A stretch of 4,034 bases of DNA from a virus. Its lineage: Duplodnaviria > Heunggongvirae > Uroviricota > Caudoviricetes. The notes beneath the pieces are model-generated. The model was given only the letters and a program-made list of their open reading frames with translations. It ran no database searches and had not been told where the DNA came from. Below are positions 1-4,034 of the stretch, one piece after another. Where the stretch lies: positions 1 to 4,034 of IMG/VR virus record IMGVR_UViG_2728369188_000007; one strand, given 5' to 3'. Positions within the stretch are counted from its first letter, which is position 1, and every line of letters begins with the position of its first letter. Both the position numbers and the translations under genes were made by a program.

Positions 1-1053
1 TTACGGGGTAATGCCAACCGCTGCCGCCACTTTGTCGCCACTTGGCAGCGTTGCCAGAGGATTGAAACGGAGCGCCGTTTCCAGATGATCCGGTGCCAGA
101 TGTGCGTAACGCATAGTCATTTTTATATCGTGGTGTCCGAGAATTTTTTGTAAGGCCAGAATGTTTCCACCCGACATCATGAAGTGCGCCGCAAACGTAT
201 GGCGCAGAACGTGTGTGAGTTGACCGCGAGGGAGCACGATAGACGTTTTTTCCATCACGGATAAAAATTGAAAATAGCAGTCTGTGAAGAAATTGAACCC
301 ATCAAGCGCCATGATCTCTTCGTAAAGCTCTTTACTGATAGGGATGCTTCTGTTTTTCTTCCCCTTCGTTCTTACAAAGGTAATTCGGTATTTGGTCACC
401 TGTGAACGAGTAAGATTTACGGCTTCTCGCCAGCGTGCGCCTGTGCTTAAGCATATCTTAACTACCAGTGCCAGAATTGGGTCCTGACGTTTGCAATCAG
501 CCAGTAATTCAACAATCTGCTCATGGGTAAGCCATGCCATCTCTTTTTCTGCGATGGTGAATTTTCGCATGTTCTCCAGTGGGTTCGGATACGACCATTC
601 GCCCAGGCGGGATAGTTCGCTAAAAACACTACTTAGATAGCTTTGCTCCAGGTTAATGGTGACCGGGCTTGCTCCTTTCTTCCATTTCTCGCTGAAGTAG
701 ATCTCACCTGTCAGGCGTTTATCTCGATAGTGGGCAAACATTTTAGAGGTTAGATCAGTTGCAAGGGGATTGCCCAGAGCGTCAACCATCAGCAGCAATT
801 TGTCATAGACATGCTGCCCAGCAGTCAGTGATTTACCATGTAGTTTGAACCATAGCTCAACCACGTCTTTCAGTGTTCGACGATCCACTGATTCACCTAG
901 CCAGGGCTTTGCTTCGGTTTCTTCCATCGTGTGACGCTCAAAAGCCAGTGCTTCGCCTTTGGTGGCGAATTGTTTACGCACACGACGCCCACTACGTCCG
1001 GCGGGGTAACATTCGCAAAGCCATTTTCCTGTGGTGAGTTTTCGTACAGCCAT
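1..1053 (-). CDS. int: Phage tyrosine integrase (P2/186 family), 350 aa from the ATG at 1053
   Basis: The ORF track gives a 376-aa frame 1..1131. The translation carries tyrosine-recombinase motifs: TGAR, HVLRHTF (H-x-x-R box) and the C-terminal LGHHDIKMTMRYAH with the catalytic Tyr. The internal Met (MAVRKLTTGKW...) at 1053 is preferred as start because GGAGGG lies 8 nt upstream on the coding strand (plus-strand ccctcc at 1062-1067); the ATG at 1131 has no such site. Stop TAA is at 1-3. Confidence 0.88.
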   Translation of the reverse strand: MAVRKLTTGKWLCECYPAGRSGRRVRKQFATKGEALAFERHTMEETEAKPWLGESVDRRTLKDVVELWFKLHGKSLTAGQHVYDKLLLMVDALGNPLATDLTSKMFAHYRDKRLTGEIYFSEKWKKGASPVTINLEQSYLSSVFSELSRLGEWSYPNPLENMRKFTIAEKEMAWLTHEQIVELLADCKRQDPILALVVKICLSTGARWREAVNLTRSQVTKYRITFVRTKGKKNRSIPISKELYEEIMALDGFNFFTDCYFQFLSVMEKTSIVLPRGQLTHVLRHTFAAHFMMSGGNILALQKILGHHDIKMTMRYAHLAPDHLETALRFNPLATLPSGDKVAAAVGITP

Positions 1054-1077
1054 AAAAAATGCCCTCCAATAGAGAGC

Positions 1078-1106
1078 ATTTTTACTGTATGTATAACCAG
1101 TGTCAA
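1078..1106 (-). promoter_or_regulatory. Candidate sigma70 promoter directly upstream of int (-35 TTGACA, 17-bp spacer, -10 AAAAAT on the minus strand)
   Basis: Plus-strand tgtcaa at 1101-1106 is a perfect TTGACA on the minus strand; 17 bp downstream in the direction of transcription, plus-strand attttt at 1078-1083 gives AAAAAT (4 of 6 matches to TATAAT). The predicted start would lie a few nt before the int RBS. Sequence-only prediction. Confidence 0.25.
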
Positions 1107-1241
1107 TGTATGAAATCCTGCGACCATACATCTCACTGAAGCCATAATGAAGTAGGCTATTCTTTTTGCTATGTGATCATGTAACTTTTGCGGTTAACCT
1201 GTGGCTCATTTTTATTTTAGGCGCAGATATAAAAGCAAAAG

Positions 1242-1433
1242 TTATCGTGAGTTTTTAGTACAGATTTTTTTGGATTTACTAATAGTTCCATCATTGCAAA
1301 CGAATTTGCCATCAGAGGTACAGTGAGAAACACCTCCCTTTTTCCCTGAGCAGGGATAATTTCTAGCATAGGTAGCTAGTGGGTTTAATAACAAAGAACA
1401 TGACAAAACCACAAAAAATACCTTACCAAGCAT
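1242..1433 (-). CDS. Small predicted secreted peptide: 63-aa precursor with a roughly 23-aa Sec-type signal peptide and a roughly 40-aa cationic, 4-Cys mature part; no recognised family
   Basis: ATG at 1433 is preceded by GGGAGG with a 5-nt spacer (plus-strand cctccc at 1439-1444) and lies 15 nt downstream of the cI stop in the same orientation. N-terminus [23 protein letters not shown] has a basic n-region, a hydrophobic core and a possible cleavage site after ATYA. The remainder [40 protein letters not shown] has 4 Cys, 9 Lys/Arg and 2 Asp. Local GC is about 32-37%. Confidence 0.5.
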   Translation of the reverse strand: MLGKVFFVVLSCSLLLNPLATYARNYPCSGKKGGVSHCTSDGKFVCNDGTISKSKKICTKNSR

Positions 1434-1448
1434 AATTTCCTCCCGGTA

Positions 1449-2018
1449 CTATTTAACATACTTGACTGTTAAACTTATAATTTTACCAATTATTTCAATG
1501 TCTTCTATCTTACATTCAAAGGCTCTGTTTCCACCCTCGACGAAGATTCTTCCACCGGGTAAACGAGTAATGTCACGGATCGTTATTTCGCCATCAATAC
1601 TTATTACCCATTTACCATCACGTATATCATCAAATTCCTTATCACAAATAAATTCAGAATTATTATCTGTGATTACAAAAAGATTCTTGAATGCCGACGG
1701 TAGAAATTCTCTATCGAAAATATAAAAACCGTCTTCACACAAGGCCCCATCAGATAATACATATTTAGCAACTTCCATAGTATTTGTATTACCTGAAGTT
1801 TGCTTTGAACCATGCCCGGTTGTGAGCCAATTAAGCGAGGTGCCTGTTTCAAGGGCGCACTGGATTACCCATTCTGCTGGGAATGAGTCACGCATGTAGC
1901 GTGTGGCGAGTGTACTTTTAGAGATTCCTAAATGATCGCACAACGCCTGTCGAGTCTTGAATCCATAAGCTTCTACCATGCGCTCTATGGCGCCTCGTCC
2001 GCCTTTCTCCAAATTCAT
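1449..2018 (-). CDS. cI: 186 CI-type immunity repressor (N-terminal HTH DNA-binding domain, C-terminal oligomerisation domain), 189 aa from the ATG at 2018
   Basis: Translation matches the 186 CI pattern as I recall it: EAYGF...L..H..I..S.L..RY.R....CALETG..L.WL.TG.G in the N-terminal part and G.W...I.G.I.IR..T.LPG....V.GG...FEC.I.DI in the C-terminal part. ATG at 2016-2018 has GGAG 5 nt upstream (plus-strand ctcc at 2024-2027). The ORF track extends to a GTG at 2024, which is less likely. Stop TAA is at 1449-1451. Confidence 0.85.
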   Translation of the reverse strand: MNLEKGGRGAIERMVEAYGFKTRQALCDHLGISKSTLATRYMRDSFPAEWVIQCALETGTSLNWLTTGHGSKQTSGNTNTMEVAKYVLSDGALCEDGFYIFDREFLPSAFKNLFVITDNNSEFICDKEFDDIRDGKWVISIDGEITIRDITRLPGGRIFVEGGNRAFECKIEDIEIIGKIISLTVKYVK

Positions 2019-2042
2019 GGTCACTCCAAGTGAACTTTTATC

Positions 2043-2071
2043 TTGACGATTTCACCGTGCGATCGTATGTT
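2043..2071 (+). promoter_or_regulatory. Candidate rightward lytic promoter (pR-like): -35 TTGACG, 17-bp spacer, -10 TATGTT
   Basis: TTGACG at 2043-2048, a 17-nt spacer at 2049-2065 (containing the GATC-bearing palindrome CGATCG), and TATGTT at 2066-2071, lying in the 125-bp divergent region between the cI start and the Apl-like gene. The predicted start near 2078 gives a roughly 66-nt leader to the ATG at 2144. Not experimentally supported. Confidence 0.35.
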
Positions 2072-2143
2072 TATGGTGTTCACAAAATACAAACGATCCG
2101 TATTCGTCCTGATTAATCATCATTAAACGAGGAATGTTGCATC

Positions 2144-2365
2144 ATGAGACCTAACATTTCAATCACTCTTACCACGCCTCATGTGACTATTGAACGCTAT
2201 AGCGAGCTGACAGGGCTATCCATCGATACCATCAATGACATGTTGGCTGATGGACGCCTTATCCGTCACCGTCTGCGCAAAGATAAAAAACGCGAAAAAG
2301 TGATGATCAACATAGCAGCAATGACCGTTGATGCGCTTTCAGAATGCAATCTAAACCTTAATTAG
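2144..2365 (+). CDS. apl: Small HTH protein in the Apl/Cox position (excisionase / lytic-promoter repressor-like), 73 aa
   Basis: First gene of the rightward operon, immediately upstream of the CII-like gene as in 186. Translation has a helix-turn-helix-like segment ([23 protein letters not shown]) followed by a basic tail ([12 protein letters not shown]). RBS GAGGAA lies about 10 nt upstream. The symbol is assigned by synteny, not by recognised sequence identity. Confidence 0.55.
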   Translation: MRPNISITLTTPHVTIERYSELTGLSIDTINDMLADGRLIRHRLRKDKKREKVMINIAAMTVDALSECNLNLN

Positions 2366-2397
2366 TTCGATTCTGAAATACATCAGAGGCATTGACC

Positions 2398-2424
2398 ATG
2401 TTTGATTACCAAGTTTCCAAACAT
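2398..2424. promoter_or_regulatory. Candidate CII operator: inverted repeat ATGTTTG-N13-CAAACAT (half-site centres 20 bp apart), implying a leftward pE-like establishment promoter just upstream
   Basis: ATGTTTG at 2398-2404 (overlapping the cII start codon) and its exact reverse complement CAAACAT at 2418-2424. As I recall it, 186 CII binds 7-bp ATGTTTG half-sites spaced two helical turns apart next to the -35 of pE. A weak minus-strand -10 (TATTTC, plus-strand gaaata at 2375-2380) lies at a compatible distance. Confidence 0.4.
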
Positions 2425-2907
2425 CCACATTTTGATGAAGCCTGTCGTGCATTTGCACTGCGCCACAATCTGGTGCAACTGGCAGAACGTGCAGGCATGA
2501 ATGTGCAGATTCTGCGGAACAAGCTGAACCCAGCTCAGCCTCATTTATTAACCGCACCAGAAATCTGGCTGCTTACCGATCTGACTGAAGATTCAACGCT
2601 GGTAGATGGTTTTCTGGCACAGATTCATTGTCTGCCATGTGTACCGATTAATGAGGTGGCAAAAGAGAAACTGCCACATTACGTCATGAGTGCAACCGCA
2701 GAGATCGGGCGTGTTGCTGCAGGTGCGGTGTCTGGCGATGTAAAAACCTGTGCCGGTCGTCGTGATGCTATCAGCAGCATTAACTCTGTAACACGACTGA
2801 TGGCGCTGGCGGCTGTTTCATTGCAGGCCCGTTTACAGGCTAATCCTGCGATGGCGAGTGCAGTTGATACCGTGACTGGCCTCGGTGCTTCATTTGGTTT
2901 GCTGTGA
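2398..2907 (+). CDS. cII: 186 CII-type transcriptional activator of lysogenic establishment, 169 aa
   Basis: Translation [24 protein letters not shown]...[17 protein letters not shown]...[26 protein letters not shown]...[22 protein letters not shown] closely matches 186 CII as I recall it, and the 169-aa length from the ATG at 2398 agrees. RBS AGAGG lies 8 nt upstream. The ORF track start at 2392 adds MT and is less likely. Stop TGA is at 2905-2907. Confidence 0.85.
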   Translation: MFDYQVSKHPHFDEACRAFALRHNLVQLAERAGMNVQILRNKLNPAQPHLLTAPEIWLLTDLTEDSTLVDGFLAQIHCLPCVPINEVAKEKLPHYVMSATAEIGRVAAGAVSGDVKTCAGRRDAISSINSVTRLMALAAVSLQARLQANPAMASAVDTVTGLGASFGLL

Positions 2908-2914
2908 GGTGCTT

Positions 2915-3115
2915 ATGCTGACGAAAGAACCATCATTTGCATCGCTGCTGGTTAAACAAAGCCCGGCAATGCATTACGGTCACGGCTGGATCATGGGGGA
3001 GGATGGTAAACGCTGGCATCCGTGCCGTTCACAAGATGAATTGCTGGCAGAACTATCTACGAAAAAACGGGGGAACAAATGGCTATTGAAGGCACTGCGG
3101 CGACTGTTCCATTAA
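2915..3115 (+). CDS. fil: Small basic protein in the 186 fil position (Fil-like), 66 aa
   Basis: ATG at 2915 with GAGG 5 nt upstream, starting 8 nt after the cII stop. The ORF track begins at an upstream GTG (2885) that overlaps cII and is rejected. The Fil assignment rests on synteny (gene immediately after cII) and a vague recollection of Fil-family proteins. Confidence 0.55.
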   Translation: MLTKEPSFASLLVKQSPAMHYGHGWIMGEDGKRWHPCRSQDELLAELSTKKRGNKWLLKALRRLFH

Positions 3116-3420
3116 GCCCCGGTGAACGCCTGAATGGACTTAATCACATTGCGGAGTTAAGGGCGAAAATTTTTGGCCTGAATATTGAGTCAGAGCTTGA
3201 GCGGTTTATTAAAGATATGCGTGATTCACGGGATATTAATAGCGAACAAAATAAACGGGCACTGGCTGCCATATTCTTTATGGCAAAAATTCCAGCTGAA
3301 CGTCATAGCATCAGCATTAATGAGCTGACCACTGACGAAAAGCGGGAGTTGATTAAAGCAATGAATCATTTTCGTGCAGTGGTGAGCTTATTTCCCAGAC
3401 GGCTAACCATGCCGAATTAA
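3079..3420 (+). CDS. Hypothetical early-region protein, 113 aa
   Basis: ATG at 3079 is preceded by GGGGGA with a 4-nt spacer. The frame overlaps the 3' end of the Fil-like gene by 37 nt in a different frame, and there is no plausible downstream in-frame start before residue 47. Same strand and operon as the flanking genes. Sits where 186 carries dhr, but no motif was recognised. Confidence 0.6.
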   Translation: MAIEGTAATVPLSPGERLNGLNHIAELRAKIFGLNIESELERFIKDMRDSRDINSEQNKRALAAIFFMAKIPAERHSISINELTTDEKRELIKAMNHFRAVVSLFPRRLTMPN

Positions 3421-3487
3421 CCAACTAATGAAATTAATGGCGTAAACCCGCCGGGCATCCCTTTATCTAAATTCAGGAGAATTGATT

Positions 3488-3709
3488 ATGCGTAATATTG
3501 AAACCCTCTCGACCAAAACCGGACCGGATGACGCAGGGCTTAATATTTTACTGACAGAGGCTCGTCTGGAAGAACGCCGGGCAAGGGCTGAAGCAATGGC
3601 AGCTCGCCTTGATAGCCTGGCGTGTCATATCACATCCCGCCAGCTAACCCACGTCGAAGCGGCAGAACTGCTTCGTGTGACTGCTGAAGCAATCCAGAAC
3701 GAAGCGTAG
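3488..3709 (+). CDS. Hypothetical small protein, 73 aa, predicted helical, Ala/Arg/Glu-rich
   Basis: ATG at 3488 with AGGAGA 7 nt upstream (3475-3480). The ORF track begins at a TTG at 3482, which is less likely. Ordinary early-region position between the 113-aa ORF and the TraR-like gene. Confidence 0.6.
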   Translation: MRNIETLSTKTGPDDAGLNILLTEARLEERRARAEAMAARLDSLACHITSRQLTHVEAAELLRVTAEAIQNEA

Positions 3710-3720
3710 GAGATCCACTA

Positions 3721-3948
3721 ATGGCTGATGCAATGGATCTCGTACAGCAGCGCGTTGAAGAAGAACGCCAACGCCATATCCGTGCTGCCCGTGCCAAAAC
3801 GCCGGGCGTGTCCCGCGTGCTTTGCATTGATTGTGAAGCGCCAATTCCGCCAGCACGCCGCCGTGCCATTCCGGGTGTGCAGCTTTGCATTACCTGCCAG
3901 GAAATCGCAGAGCTGAAAGGCAAACATTACAACGGAGGTGCTGTATGA
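3721..3948 (+). CDS. TraR/DksA-family C4 zinc-finger protein, 75 aa
   Basis: Translation contains CIDC-x17-CITC (CxxC-x17-CxxC), the DksA/TraR zinc-finger signature, after a short acidic/basic helical N-terminus. AGGAGA lies 8 nt upstream of the ATG at 3721. Stop TGA at 3946-3948 overlaps the next start codon. Confidence 0.8.
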   Translation: MADAMDLVQQRVEEERQRHIRAARAKTPGVSRVLCIDCEAPIPPARRRAIPGVQLCITCQEIAELKGKHYNGGAV

Positions 3949-4034
3949 GCACCATCCTGAAATGGGGTAATGACTCCAACTTACTGATAGTGTTTTATGT
4001 TCAGATAATGCCCGATGACTTTGTCATGCAGCTC
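3945..4034 (+). CDS. Start of a further rightward gene (first 30 codons, truncated by the window end); product unknown
   Basis: ATG at 3945-3947 overlaps the TraR-like stop (ATGA) and is preceded by GGAGGTG with a 4-nt spacer. The frame stays open to position 4034 (MSTILKWGNDSNLLIVFYVQIMPDDFVMQL...). Too short to appear in the ORF track. Confidence 0.45.
   Translation, partial: MSTILKWGNDSNLLIVFYVQIMPDDFVMQL

Larger units (their letters stand above)
1..4034. mobile_element. Segment of a 186-like (P2-family) prophage: integrase plus lysis/lysogeny switch plus early lytic genes
   Basis: Gene order and orientation (int and cI leftward; Apl-like, CII-like, Fil-like, small ORFs, TraR-like rightward) match the 186 early region. 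The tyrosine-recombinase, CI-like and CII-like translations are recognisable by eye. Neither prophage end is inside the window. Confidence 0.8.

Noticed and set aside
1054-1131. N-terminal extension of the integrase frame (track start at 1131, MYGRRISYIDTG...)
   Set aside because: No ribosome-binding site precedes 1131, whereas the internal ATG at 1053 has a strong GGAGGG site and gives an N-terminus typical of the family. The extension is most likely untranslated leader.
897-1145. Track ORFs 897..1145 (-) and 931..1113 (+) overlapping the 5' end of int
   Set aside because: Alternative-frame and antisense shadows of the integrase coding region with no RBS or recognisable features.
1266-1272. 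Seven-T homopolymer (A7 on the coding strand) inside the small peptide ORF
   Set aside because: Encodes Lys codons and is short for a slipped-strand phase-variation tract; most likely just AT-rich composition.
1462-1725. 87-aa plus-strand ORF antisense to cI
   Set aside because: Lies entirely within the recognisable CI coding region on the opposite strand; low-complexity, AT-rich translation with no start context.
2351-2557. 68-aa minus-strand ORF antisense to the 5' part of cII
   Set aside because: Shadow ORF inside a confidently assigned gene. A pE-like transcript could pass through here, but nothing suggests it is translated.
2885-2914. GTG-initiated extension of the Fil-like ORF (also GTG at 2024 for cI, TTG at 3482 for the 73-aa ORF, ATG at 2392 for cII)
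   Set aside because: In each case an ATG with a well-spaced Shine-Dalgarno sequence lies a few codons downstream, and the extension would overlap the preceding gene or the promoter.
3440-3465. Short GC-rich near-palindrome CCCGCCGGG in the intergenic region before the 73-aa ORF
   Set aside because: The stem is at most 3 bp with no following T-run, so it is not a convincing intrinsic terminator.
3630-3927. Three minus-strand ORFs (97, 70, 69 aa) and one plus-strand ORF (62 aa) overlapping the TraR-like gene
   Set aside because: GC-rich region generating long open frames in several frames; Arg/Ala-rich translations typical of spurious frames. The plus-strand TraR-like frame carries the zinc-finger signature and an RBS.
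1-4034. Looked for CRISPR repeats, tRNA or rRNA genes, IS-element inverted repeats, and defence or toxin-antitoxin gene pairs
   Set aside because: No regularly spaced direct repeats, no tRNA-like structure and no transposase-like translation were seen. All substantial ORFs are accounted for by the prophage early region.

Overview
This 4,034-bp window reads as the immunity / early-control region of a 186-like (P2-family) temperate prophage, probably in an enterobacterial host (about 50% GC, enteric-style Shine-Dalgarno sites). On the minus strand a lysogenic operon runs cI, then a small signal-peptide ORF, then a tyrosine integrase whose stop codon sits at window position 1-3. Diverging from a 125-bp switch region, the plus-strand lytic operon runs an Apl/Cox-like HTH protein, a CII-like activator, a Fil-like small protein, two small hypothetical proteins, a TraR/DksA-type C4 zinc-finger protein and the first 30 codons of a further gene. 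No tRNA, rRNA, CRISPR array, IS element or recognisable defence system is visible. The most unusual element is the 63-codon ORF between cI and int, which encodes a predicted secreted, strongly cationic 4-cysteine peptide inside an AT-rich block. All family assignments rest on reading the translations and on memory of the 186/P2 proteins; no database search was run.
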